Source: Candidatus Saccharimonadales bacterium
GTDB taxonomy: Bacteria > Patescibacteriota > Saccharimonadia > Saccharimonadales > SZUA-47
Reading direction: 5' to 3'
DNA length: 64,000 bases
Assembly (NCBI GenBank): GCA_038211855.1
Contig: JBBQVE010000004.1
Location: forward strand, 867 to 64,866
Below, in pieces: positions 35,294 to 43,873 of the stretch. The notes under the pieces were generated by a model, which saw only the letters and a list, made by a program, of their open reading frames with translations, ran no database searches and was not told the origin of the DNA. A program made the position numbers and the translations under genes. The first letter of the stretch is position 1. Each line of letters opens with the position of its first letter.

Positions 35294-35445
35294 GTACCAC
35301 CTCCAAAAAAAAAGCCTCTCGTAAACGGCTCAGGCATACCATGTATACCCTCCTTGTCACCACTATCGTCGTAGCTGGCTTCTTATATCTATTATTCTTA
35401 AGAGCCTCCGGTCTTGTAGAGACGGTTGCCCGCCATATCCGCTAG
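35290..35445 (+). CDS. Small single-TM protein translationally coupled to GT2 (51 aa)
   Basis: Not in the track. An ATGA overlap links it to the GT2 stop. It reads MSTTSKKKASRKRLRHTMYTLLVTTIVVAGFLYLLFLRASGLVETVARHIR. Confidence 0.45.
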   Translation: MSTTSKKKASRKRLRHTMYTLLVTTIVVAGFLYLLFLRASGLVETVARHIR

Positions 35446-36038
35446 CCTCTTTCAAACGCTTCCACACTTACAAAATCGAAAGTAAACTGCTGGCGGTTCT
35501 GAAACCAAGCGCCCGAGCAGGTCTGCAAGGTAAGGATAGGCGGCCCTACATAGCTGAAAATTGATGTATCGGCTGGTCCGACATCGTGCTTTTCGCGTAA
35601 TCTATAAGTGAATCGATGGCCGTTATTTGTATCGATAATTGCTTCGCTGCCATCCTTTATGTTGTGCAGATAGGCAAAGACTGCTGGACGATAATGGCCG
35701 TAGATATATGTGTCGCCGGAGAGATTGTTCGGCTGAGTCGTAATGGTGGCAAATTGGGCGCTACTTAGTCCAAGATTCCACTCGCGTGTCCTGGGATCGT
35801 ATGAGCCATGTACGATAGGTACATTGATGTTCAGCGATGGAATTGAGATAGCAATCGGATCACCAGTGATGGCGGTGGGAGCGGTCTTGAGCGCCTTGAC
35901 CGATATACTCACAGGATTAACAGGGGCAGCATTAGACCTACCAAGCTTATATCGGTAATACAGCGACGGTGCAACTCCGGCTGTACCCAGAAGGATAAGA
36001 ACGACACTGAAGATTTGGACTGCCTTAAGCTTTTTCAT
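35442..36038 (-). CDS. Sortase (transpeptidase)
   Basis: An N-terminal TM anchor, His in IYGHYRP, the TLQTC catalytic motif and a downstream Arg are all present. Confidence 0.8.
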   Translation of the reverse strand: MKKLKAVQIFSVVLILLGTAGVAPSLYYRYKLGRSNAAPVNPVSISVKALKTAPTAITGDPIAISIPSLNINVPIVHGSYDPRTREWNLGLSSAQFATITTQPNNLSGDTYIYGHYRPAVFAYLHNIKDGSEAIIDTNNGHRFTYRLREKHDVGPADTSIFSYVGPPILTLQTCSGAWFQNRQQFTFDFVSVEAFERG

Positions 36039-36112
36039 CTATCCCCCATTATATTCGTAAAAAATAAAATCAGCGCGAATAACTTCACGCTGATTTTTTG
36101 TTGCGCCGCTGC

Positions 36113-36295
36113 TTAGGCTTTGGTAGCGCGCTGTTTGTAAGCTAAAAGACTTGAGACAGCAAACGTTACTACACCGACAGCAAGCATGAAGGCGGCAATC
36201 GTAAACAATAGCTTGGTACTGCCAGTGTTTGGCAATACTGCGACACCGACGGTTCCTGTTACTACTGTTGAAGCACCTAAAACTTGTCCATACAT
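36113..36295 (-). CDS. Minimal LPXTG-type sortase substrate (60 aa)
   Basis: It reads MYGQVLGASTVVTGTVGVAVLPNTGSTKLLFTIAAFMLAVGVVTFAVSSLLAYKQRATKA. LPNTG is followed by a hydrophobic helix and a basic tail. GAGGA lies 8 nt upstream of the ATG. Confidence 0.6.
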   Translation of the reverse strand: MYGQVLGASTVVTGTVGVAVLPNTGSTKLLFTIAAFMLAVGVVTFAVSSLLAYKQRATKA

Positions 36296-36397
36296 AGATA
36301 ATTCCTCATCTATTAATTAACCTGACTTAGACTTATTATACACCTTTGTGTTTTTTTTGTAAAGTACATTGTTATATATACTATGGTTAGCCTATTA

Positions 36398-36426
36398 TTG
36401 ACAAATAGAGTAATTACTTGTATCAT
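36398..36426 (+). promoter_or_regulatory. Canonical sigma70-type promoter (TTGACA-17-TATCAT)
   Basis: TTGACA (36398-36403), then a 17-nt spacer ending in TG, then TATCAT (36421-36426). It lies 33 nt upstream of ATG 36460. Confidence 0.6.
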
Positions 36427-36459
36427 TAGCAATAAGTTTATATAAGGTGTTGTGGAACG

Positions 36460-38958
36460 ATGCGTCTACTGTCTCTCAAACGTCAACTGAGTTCTCTGTT
36501 AGCAGTCATACTGCTGATTAGTCTCAGCCTCCCTTTCCTAGGTCAGGCTTTTGCTGTCAGCCCGAACCTTGTCAGTAATCCCTCGGCCGAAACCGTGGAT
36601 CCTACCAACAGTCAGTCGGCACAAGATTGGAATCAAGGGCAGTGGGGGACGAATTCGAGTACTTTCAGCTATGCGACTAGTGGCAATACAGGGACGCGAA
36701 GTCTTACAGTTACTACATCTGCTTACACAAACGGCGATGCCAAATGGTATTTTAAAGCCGTCGCCATCAACCCTAGTACTGCTTACACTTTTAGCGACTA
36801 TTACCATTCTTCAGCTGCTACTTCTACTGTCGCCCAGTTTGACAATGGCAATGGCACGTATTCTTATATGAATATTGCTGCTGTGCCGGCAGCAGCCAGC
36901 TGGACGCAAACTACCAGCACCTTCACTTCACCTGCGACCGCTAAAAACGTGACAGTCTTCCACCTTATCAATGCCATCGGAAGCCTCTCAATCGACGACG
37001 CATCGTTAGCACTGTCTGAAGTCGTCACGCCGCCAGTGACGCCTCCGATTACTCCACCCGTGACACCACCTACAACTGGTAACTTGATCATGAACCCTTC
37101 ACTTGAAACGGCTGGCAGCACTCCCGCCCTTCCACAGAGCTGGTTGCAGGATGGCTGGGGCACAAACACCGCTGCCTACAGCTACCCAACGACAGGCGGC
37201 CAGAGTGGCAACAGATACGTAAAATTAGATGTCACGAAGTACACCAGCGGTGATGCCAAATGGTATTTTACCCCCGCTGCTGTCACTGTCGGCAAGAAAT
37301 ACACTTTCAGCGATTACTACAAATCGAACGTCGTGAGCTCTGTCGTCGCTCAGTATGACAATGGAAGCGGCACCTACAGCTATGTAGCTTTAGGAACCGG
37401 CACTGCTTCGACCGCTTGGAAACAGTTCACAACTGTGCTGACCGTTCCTGTAAATATGAAGAATGTGACCATTTTCCATCTATTAAATACAGTTGGATCA
37501 CTGCAGACTGACTCTTATTCGCTCACTGCCATTTCGGCTCCTGTCGTTACAGTGACAGCCCCTACGGCGAATACAAGCGTGAGCGGTATCGTTACTTTAG
37601 CTGCTACGGCAACAGATGACAGTGGTATTAAGAACGTCCAATTTATGGTTGATGGCAGTGCTCAGGGTGCTGCAGTGAACACCGCTCCATACCAGACCAC
37701 TTGGGACACTACGGCAATCGGTAACGGCCCGCACAGCGTTACCGCTAGTGCAACCAATACTGGCGGCACGACCACAACTTCTGCTGCCGTCAACATGACG
37801 GTCGCCAACGTCGTCAGTGGCAACATGATTCCAAACGCCTCTGTTGAAACCGTCAACTCCACTGACACTAAATTGCCGCAGGGCTGGCAGCACGGCAGCT
37901 GGGGAACTAACACGGCCGCGTTTACCTACCTGAACTCTGGCCACACTGGCAGCAGGAGCCTCAAAGCACAGATTACCAATTATACAAATGGTTCTGCCTA
38001 CTGGTACTTCGGTAATAAATCAATTGTTGCTGGTCAAATGTACAACTTCAGCGACTACTATAAATCAAACATTCCAAGCGAAATCGATGCTGCGATTAAC
38101 ATGAGCGACGGTAGTGTCCAATATATGTATCTTGGCGACCCCTCGCCAAGTCCTAACACCTGGACAAAGTTCGAGCAGCAATTCACCGCGCCAGCCGGTG
38201 CCGTATCAGTTGCGATGTACCACAACATCAACGGCGTCGGCCAAGTGACGACTGACGACTTTAGCCTGACCCCGTTTGCCTACGCTGGCTTTAACCAGCC
38301 AGTTGTCAGCCTCACGTTTGATGACGGCTACAAGTCGGCATACACCAATGGCCTGCCACTGCTTCAGAAATATCACCTGCTATCGACGCAGTACATCATC
38401 AGTGGCTCTCTAGATGTGGACACTAACTACATTACGACGGCTATGCTAAAAGACTATGTGACAAAGGGCCATGAAATTGGCTCTCACACCGTCTCTCACC
38501 CCGATCTGACGACCTTGACTGCTGCCAATGCAGACGCCGAACTGAAGAATTCGCAGTCGACATTGCAAATGGCATTAGCGCTTTCGATCAAGAATTTTGC
38601 ATCGCCTTATGGTGCGATGAATGATCAGGTGCTAACAAATGCCAAGAAGTACTACACCTCACACCGCGGTGTTCAGGCCGGCTTTAATGCCAAAAATAAC
38701 TTTAACGCTTATAACATCCGCGTTCAGAACGTCGTCAGTTCCACGACACCTGCAGAAGTTCAAGGCTGGGTACAGACGGCGATTACTACAAAAACGTGGC
38801 TAGTGCTGGTGTACCATCAGGTTGATACCAATCCGGCAGCCGGCGACTACAATACCTATCCTGTCGATCTTGACGCTGAGCTATCAGGTATTCAAGCGAG
38901 TGGCGTCAAAGTCGACACCGTCGCCCAGGCACTTGCCGAACTCACCCCACAGCTCTAA
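36460..38958 (+). CDS. Secreted multidomain protein: 3x CBM-like modules, Ig-like domain, CE4 polysaccharide deacetylase
   Basis: A signal peptide is present. Three paralogous modules of about 150 aa follow the pattern NPS.ET...WGTN...GDAKWYF...FSDYY...F.L. A (V/I)TPP linker and an Ig-like segment (VTVTAPTANTSVSG...DDSGIKNVQFMVDG) follow. The C-terminal part has LTFDDGYKS and HTVSHPDL, the NodB motifs. Confidence 0.8.
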   Translation: MRLLSLKRQLSSLLAVILLISLSLPFLGQAFAVSPNLVSNPSAETVDPTNSQSAQDWNQGQWGTNSSTFSYATSGNTGTRSLTVTTSAYTNGDAKWYFKAVAINPSTAYTFSDYYHSSAATSTVAQFDNGNGTYSYMNIAAVPAAASWTQTTSTFTSPATAKNVTVFHLINAIGSLSIDDASLALSEVVTPPVTPPITPPVTPPTTGNLIMNPSLETAGSTPALPQSWLQDGWGTNTAAYSYPTTGGQSGNRYVKLDVTKYTSGDAKWYFTPAAVTVGKKYTFSDYYKSNVVSSVVAQYDNGSGTYSYVALGTGTASTAWKQFTTVLTVPVNMKNVTIFHLLNTVGSLQTDSYSLTAISAPVVTVTAPTANTSVSGIVTLAATATDDSGIKNVQFMVDGSAQGAAVNTAPYQTTWDTTAIGNGPHSVTASATNTGGTTTTSAAVNMTVANVVSGNMIPNASVETVNSTDTKLPQGWQHGSWGTNTAAFTYLNSGHTGSRSLKAQITNYTNGSAYWYFGNKSIVAGQMYNFSDYYKSNIPSEIDAAINMSDGSVQYMYLGDPSPSPNTWTKFEQQFTAPAGAVSVAMYHNINGVGQVTTDDFSLTPFAYAGFNQPVVSLTFDDGYKSAYTNGLPLLQKYHLLSTQYIISGSLDVDTNYITTAMLKDYVTKGHEIGSHTVSHPDLTTLTAANADAELKNSQSTLQMALALSIKNFASPYGAMNDQVLTNAKKYYTSHRGVQAGFNAKNNFNAYNIRVQNVVSSTTPAEVQGWVQTAITTKTWLVLVYHQVDTNPAAGDYNTYPVDLDAELSGIQASGVKVDTVAQALAELTPQL

Positions 38959-38975
38959 CCCCCCGCCCTGTTTTT

Positions 38976-38984
38976 TGCTATAAT
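38976..38984 (+). promoter_or_regulatory. Extended -10 (TGCTATAAT) for the tRNA-Gly/tRNA-Arg pair
   Basis: It ends 9 nt before the tRNA-Gly 5' end. Confidence 0.5.
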
Positions 38985-38993
38985 TCTTGGGAT

Positions 38994-39068
38994 GCGGGAT
39001 TCGTATAACGGTTAATATGTAAGTTTTCCAAACTTGAGATGGGGTTTCGACTACCCCATCCCGCACCA
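38994..39068 (+). tRNA. tRNA-Gly (anticodon TCC)
   Basis: Acceptor GCGGGAT/ATCCCGC, anticodon arm TAAGT-TTTCCAA-ACTTG, T arm GGGGT-TTCGACT-ACCCC. CCA is encoded. Confidence 0.8.
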
Positions 39069-39071
39069 GGC

Positions 39072-39148
39072 GCACCCGTAGCTCAGTTGGACAGAGCAAT
39101 GGGCTTCTATCCCACAGGTCGGGGGTTCGAATCCCTCCGGGTGTACCA
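39072..39148 (+). tRNA. tRNA-Arg (anticodon TCT)
   Basis: Acceptor GCACCCG/CGGGTGT (G1-U72), anticodon loop CTTCTAT, T-loop TTCGAAT. CCA is encoded. Confidence 0.8.
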
Positions 39149-39183
39149 AAACAGAAGCATAATAGAAAGTGCTTCTGTTTTTA
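39149..39183 (+). terminator. Rho-independent terminator
   Basis: ACAGAAGCA-taatagaaag-TGCTTCTGTTTTT. Confidence 0.7.
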
Positions 39184-39196
39184 TTTACAGAGCGCG

Positions 39197-39205
39197 TGCT
39201 ACCAT
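39197..39205 (+). promoter_or_regulatory. Extended -10 (TGCTACCAT), 6 nt before ATG 39212
   Basis: TGCTACCAT-GCAGGT-ATG. Confidence 0.45.
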
Positions 39206-39211
39206 GCAGGT

Positions 39212-39838
39212 ATGAAGATTGTCGTTTTTGGCGCGTCAGGGAAAATAGGTCGACTACTCGTGCTCGAGCTCCTAAAAAACGGCCACACCGTTACCGCATT
39301 CGTGCATAGCACTGCACCATTTACGGCTCACCCTCACTTAAATGTCATAAAAGGTGATGTACATAATCAGGAAGACGTTGCCCACGCTTTAGAAAAACAA
39401 GAAATTGTTATCAGTACACTCGGCAGCTGGCATACCAAAACCAAAGATATCGTGTCGAGCGCTATTGCTAACATTGTGCCGATCATGGAGCAAAAAGGTA
39501 TGAAGCGCATCGTGACGCTCACTGGCTCTGGCGCGCGAGCTACTGGCGACAAGAAAAGCCTCCTCGAATCTTTTGGCCACGCCGTGTTTTCCGTTATTGC
39601 AGGCAAAATTGTGCGAGATTCTGAAGAGCACATCAAGCTACTTGAACAGAGCTCGCTCGACTATACAGTGCTTCGTTCACCAGTTATGACAAACAAACCG
39701 AGCAATAAGTACGAGCTTTCGACGCTAGCAAATGGGGCGATCGATACGATTAGCCGTACAGCAATTACTGCGGCACTGAAAGAATTAGTGACCTCTACCC
39801 GGCATACCCGCGCCGCGCCTTATATTCATCAGAGATAG
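39212..39838 (+). CDS. NAD(P)-binding (NmrA/atypical SDR-like) oxidoreductase
   Basis: MKIVVFGASGKIGRLLV is a Rossmann GxxGxxG motif. 208 aa. Confidence 0.7.
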   Translation: MKIVVFGASGKIGRLLVLELLKNGHTVTAFVHSTAPFTAHPHLNVIKGDVHNQEDVAHALEKQEIVISTLGSWHTKTKDIVSSAIANIVPIMEQKGMKRIVTLTGSGARATGDKKSLLESFGHAVFSVIAGKIVRDSEEHIKLLEQSSLDYTVLRSPVMTNKPSNKYELSTLANGAIDTISRTAITAALKELVTSTRHTRAAPYIHQR

Positions 39839-39992
39839 AATACTAAATTATATTTAATGAGTCCGTGATGATTACAAGAGACATTTTTGTATTTATTTAA
39901 TTAATATGTTATACTATCAAACCTATGGTAAACATGTCTAACGGAGTGACCCCTTATTCGGACTTGAGATTGATCCCGAGGCTCTTCGAGAG

Positions 39993-41315
39993 TTGATTAC
40001 TGATTTATCTGGGCAGATACCAGACATTGCAGATGAAGAAAAGCTGGTTGAAACTGGCACATGGCTCGCAACTGCTCTTGAAGCTTTGCCCCACGCCGTA
40101 GCAGCACATGAGGACTTATCGACAGAAAAAGCTATGACTGTTGAGGCATTTACATCTGACATCGCCGCCAGAGCTTTGGCGCGTTCGATTGAAGTGAGGG
40201 GTAACTCACCGCTAAATTCCTTGCTATCACCCCACACCCGAACTCCCTACCGAGATGCCAAACGACGTGCCGATGAAGCCGCCAAACAGACTGAGAAAAA
40301 GTCGATGATTGAAGGCTTTTTAGGCAGCATTGAAACGGAAGAGAAAAAGTACTGGGCTTCTTCTGACGTAATGCGCAGTCGAACCTATCAGGTTGATGCA
40401 ACAGAACGTAAAGGACCGTGGCTCAAACAGAAAATCATCAACATTCCTGATAATGGTTCAGGCAATACGTTGTTTCGAGACGACGAAGCTCACTACTTGG
40501 CCGGTATCTCGCTTGGTACTCTCACGCATCAGAACATCCTCGACATGAAAGCGAGTATGGCGACAGTGGCTCAAATGAATGAAACTATCCGTAAACTTGG
40601 TGGTAGAAATGTAAAACCAAGCCTTTTTAGCGCTCTAAATACGCTCAAAGAACTCCATGAGACCGGATCACTCAAACAGATGAATTACGGTGACCTCAAA
40701 CCACTTGGCGACTTTGCAAACCTCTACTTTAAAGAAAACGACGACCTCCTTGAACATTTCGTAAACACCGTTGATGAAGGCCCTTTTGCAGATGCCGCTG
40801 AACTCGCCATCGTCCCTTTTGAAGCAAAATCGATCAGTCCCGAAGAACGCATGGCCATGGTCGAAATCTCGAAAGATAATATGACCGAGGACAACATCCT
40901 TGATGACATCACGAAGGCGGTCGCGAGTAGCCGAGGCGACTATGTGGTAGAAGAGGCCCGAATTACAGACTTTGTGAAGGTTCTCGATAAACTCACGGCA
41001 GTGTACGGTGACGAGGCCATCTCCACGTTCCGTTCACTGAGGCCAAACTGGTCACCGATGCCGTGGTATCTCATTGTCGTCAATATACCTGGTGAGGTTC
41101 CTCGGGTCTTACTTGAAACACCCATAAAAGGTAACGCCAGCTATTTCATAGATACCAAAGGATATAACTGGATGGATCTGATTCAGCTTACAAGGACCGA
41201 TGCTCAAACATTCGGAGCAAAATATATTATTCATGCCCCTGGGCCAAATGATACGCCACTAAACCATGTCGAAAAATTGTATAACAAAGTTCGTGTCAGC
41301 TTTGGAGTCAAATAA
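39993..41315 (+). CDS. Hypothetical protein (440 aa), non-ATG start or 5' frameshift
   Basis: Long ORF whose only in-frame start is TTG 39993. ATG 39925/39934 upstream is in another frame (MVNMSNGVTPYSDLRLIPRLFES*). I recognise no motif. Confidence 0.5.
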   Translation: MITDLSGQIPDIADEEKLVETGTWLATALEALPHAVAAHEDLSTEKAMTVEAFTSDIAARALARSIEVRGNSPLNSLLSPHTRTPYRDAKRRADEAAKQTEKKSMIEGFLGSIETEEKKYWASSDVMRSRTYQVDATERKGPWLKQKIINIPDNGSGNTLFRDDEAHYLAGISLGTLTHQNILDMKASMATVAQMNETIRKLGGRNVKPSLFSALNTLKELHETGSLKQMNYGDLKPLGDFANLYFKENDDLLEHFVNTVDEGPFADAAELAIVPFEAKSISPEERMAMVEISKDNMTEDNILDDITKAVASSRGDYVVEEARITDFVKVLDKLTAVYGDEAISTFRSLRPNWSPMPWYLIVVNIPGEVPRVLLETPIKGNASYFIDTKGYNWMDLIQLTRTDAQTFGAKYIIHAPGPNDTPLNHVEKLYNKVRVSFGVK

Positions 41316-41611
41316 TGTCAGCTGAATATTCTCTCAGAGAAACCGATGAGTTTGCCTACAAACTCGATATGTCTGCCACAGCAGCTGCTACGATACCAAT
41401 TATTATGACTGCTGTTGCTGTGGGCATGGAACAAATAGCTACACATACCGATGCACCACTGATATCTGCTGACGGCTATAAACGAGTCGATGCAACTGAG
41501 TATAACTTTATCGGGTCTGATCCCAGTGTCGACGCCAGTGGCAAATGGCAAGTACACAGCGAGAAGAGTCCAGGTACACTTAACTGCGCGCGAGATTCTG
41601 CCGCTCCATAG
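41315..41611 (+). CDS. Hypothetical protein (98 aa)
   Basis: A TAATG overlap links it to the upstream stop. It has one hydrophobic segment. Confidence 0.4.
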   Translation: MSAEYSLRETDEFAYKLDMSATAAATIPIIMTAVAVGMEQIATHTDAPLISADGYKRVDATEYNFIGSDPSVDASGKWQVHSEKSPGTLNCARDSAAP

Positions 41612-41894
41612 TGCGACAGATGCCACAGAAATAGGTGATACGGTGGCAAAAGCTATCAAAGAAATGACGACTGGGTCCAATAGTTCACTTTTAGCAAATG
41701 TCGTTATATACAACCCGTCGACAAGTGCCATAAGCTTTTCGAATTATACAAACGCGAGCTACACGACCAAAACGCTTGATAGCAAGGGTGAGCATGAGAC
41801 GATGCAGCTAAACACATTCACTGTCTCGAGCGCGATTCATGGCCCAGATAATAGTCAACTACTTTCGAAAATCAGAGATCAGTACTACATTTAA
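41490..41894 (+). CDS. Hypothetical protein (start uncertain; overlaps previous ORF by 122 nt)
   Basis: The ORF is in the same frame as the next gene. Its real start is either internal, or a frameshift joins it to 41315..41611. Confidence 0.35.
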   Translation: MQLSITLSGLIPVSTPVANGKYTARRVQVHLTAREILPLHSATDATEIGDTVAKAIKEMTTGSNSSLLANVVIYNPSTSAISFSNYTNASYTTKTLDSKGEHETMQLNTFTVSSAIHGPDNSQLLSKIRDQYYI

Positions 41895-41897
41895 CCT

Positions 41898-42743
41898 GTG
41901 TGGGCAAAGCAGCTTCCGCCTTCAGTCCCAATCTATTCTGATACGGTATCGCTTCCATATAATTTTACGCAATACTCGGCGATGTTTAATCTGGCTCGGC
42001 AGAACAATTTTACTGATGTTTCACATCTAAATGCTTCATTATCAGGCGCCGTCGACCACACTGCTGTCCAGTCACAGGCAAAAACGATAGTTCGTGGTAC
42101 AGATGGTCTGATGAATACTCCGGTCGTAATTGTAACGACAACGAATCCTGAAAAAGGTGGTCCCGCTACAGTCGTAGTAAACAATCAACCGCTCAGCGAA
42201 GTCTGTGTTGTCGCGACACAATCAATCCTCAAAAACTACACTGTTGTGGGTCCGGAACATGTCGCCAATCCAATTGGAGTCGGTTCTCTTACGCTTCTGA
42301 CCTCTGCTATACTCGCGGCCTCACGAGTTCGTCGTCAGCGCCGAAAAGTAGGTACCGTCAAAGTTCCTTCAGCCGAGATGAATCAAGCGCTTGAAGATGG
42401 CACTGCCACGACGCTCGACAAACTAAAAATCCTCACCTACCGACAAGCAGTCGCTAAGCGAGGTGGTGAGGTCCTGCAACACAAACCAAACAGAAAAGCC
42501 GTTCGTGCCCTGAGCGGTATTGCCGGCTTTGGTCTTGTCGTTGCCTTAAGTACGTCGATACCAAACTATCTAGGATCAATTGACGCGCCGGTCAAGGATG
42601 TCAAAAAACCAATTATAACATCCTCTGACTGCAGTCCAGATCTCCCTGTTATCACAAGTCCAACGGATTCGACTCAAACAAAACATCTCAATGTCTTGAT
42701 CGAAGATCTACCGCCCGAAGTCAAATTATCTGTCGGCAAATAG
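41898..42743 (+). CDS. Hypothetical protein with two C-terminal TM segments
   Basis: GTG start 3 nt after the upstream TAA, in the same frame. The TM segments are GVGSLTLLTSAILAA and ALSGIAGFGLVVAL. Confidence 0.45.
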   Translation: MWAKQLPPSVPIYSDTVSLPYNFTQYSAMFNLARQNNFTDVSHLNASLSGAVDHTAVQSQAKTIVRGTDGLMNTPVVIVTTTNPEKGGPATVVVNNQPLSEVCVVATQSILKNYTVVGPEHVANPIGVGSLTLLTSAILAASRVRRQRRKVGTVKVPSAEMNQALEDGTATTLDKLKILTYRQAVAKRGGEVLQHKPNRKAVRALSGIAGFGLVVALSTSIPNYLGSIDAPVKDVKKPIITSSDCSPDLPVITSPTDSTQTKHLNVLIEDLPPEVKLSVGK

Positions 42744-42744
42744 T

Positions 42745-43209
42745 TTAAGCTTTTTGTAGGAATTTGTTGAGGCCGGTTTCACCATCACGCATTAATTTGC
42801 GGTGGTTATAGATGAAGAAAGGTCGTAGCAGCGGCGAGAGGACCGTCATCCACGGTTTTGTGGTTGCAACTTCCCACGTCATCTCTATTTTAGTTACGTT
42901 TGGGCTCTTTGCTTCAAACAACCATTTTCCCGTACCTTTTAAATCACCTTCTGACGAGAATGTAATATCTTTTCCGTTTCTGTAATCTGTTGCAGTCAGG
43001 TAGATATTTATTTTATACCCAGTTGCGGCCTTCCAAGTCATCTTCGCTGTACTACCAACAATTGCTGGTTTTTCTACGACGTTTTGCACCACTTCAAGAC
43101 CTGGCCACCATAGTGGCCAGTCAGTAACTTTCATAATTGATGTAGAAGTTACAAGCAGCGGCCCTTCAATCTTCCAGGCACTTTTCAAGAGGTACTGTGC
43201 AGTTTTCAT
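42745..43209 (-). CDS. SRPBCC (polyketide cyclase/dehydrase-like) family protein
   Basis: 154 aa with the WPLWWPG...GTGKW pattern typical of this fold. The call is by eye. Confidence 0.5.
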   Translation of the reverse strand: MKTAQYLLKSAWKIEGPLLVTSTSIMKVTDWPLWWPGLEVVQNVVEKPAIVGSTAKMTWKAATGYKINIYLTATDYRNGKDITFSSEGDLKGTGKWLFEAKSPNVTKIEMTWEVATTKPWMTVLSPLLRPFFIYNHRKLMRDGETGLNKFLQKA

Positions 43210-43337
43210 AGTGCCCTTCTGTCAAATAGTTTACTTAACAAGGTTAGCTTATATTTATTTTTTTGTCATTTGCTTGTCTGGTAGTACTATAACAGTAGCA
43301 TAAGCATTTAGCTTGGTGTTAAACAAGGAGGTACGTC

Positions 43338-43730
43338 ATGTACAAGAAATTAGCTCTGCTGTTCGGTGCGGTATTCTTATTGGTAGGTATCTTAGGCTTT
43401 GTGCCGACATTTTCGCCACTCCATAGTGATGGCATGCGCTATTTGTTAGGCTTATTCATGGTCGGAGGCATTCATAATGCTATCCATATTCTCTCAGGCG
43501 TCGCTGCACTTGCCGGTGGTTACTCGTCTGAGAAATACGCTCAGATGTACTTTAGAGTCTTTGGCGCAGTGTATGCATTAGTCACAGTCATCGGCTTTAT
43601 CCAGAAGGATACGGTCTTAGGAATTTTTCATGTCAATATGGCCGATAACTTCTTGCACCTTGGTTTAGCTGTGGCTATTCTTGGCATCGGCTTCGGAATG
43701 AAAGTCACGGATTCAACCGCAAAAGTCTAG
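43338..43730 (+). CDS. DUF4383-like small membrane protein
   Basis: Four TM helices with NAIHILSG and NFLHLG. A strong Shine-Dalgarno (AAGGAGG) lies 5 nt upstream. Confidence 0.55.
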   Translation: MYKKLALLFGAVFLLVGILGFVPTFSPLHSDGMRYLLGLFMVGGIHNAIHILSGVAALAGGYSSEKYAQMYFRVFGAVYALVTVIGFIQKDTVLGIFHVNMADNFLHLGLAVAILGIGFGMKVTDSTAKV

Positions 43731-43746
43731 TTCATTTTTAGCATTT

Positions 43747-43777
43747 AAAAAACGTCGCTCACTGCGGCGTTTTTTTA
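43747..43777 (+). terminator. Rho-independent terminator
   Basis: AAAAAACGTCGC-tcact-GCGGCGTTTTTTT. Confidence 0.7.
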
Positions 43778-43873
43778 ATTTCAACAATTCTTACTGACAA
43801 GGCTGACGTTTTGTACTAAGGTATAAGGCCAGATTAAACATAAATTGTATATGCGTAATAATTATTATATAAT

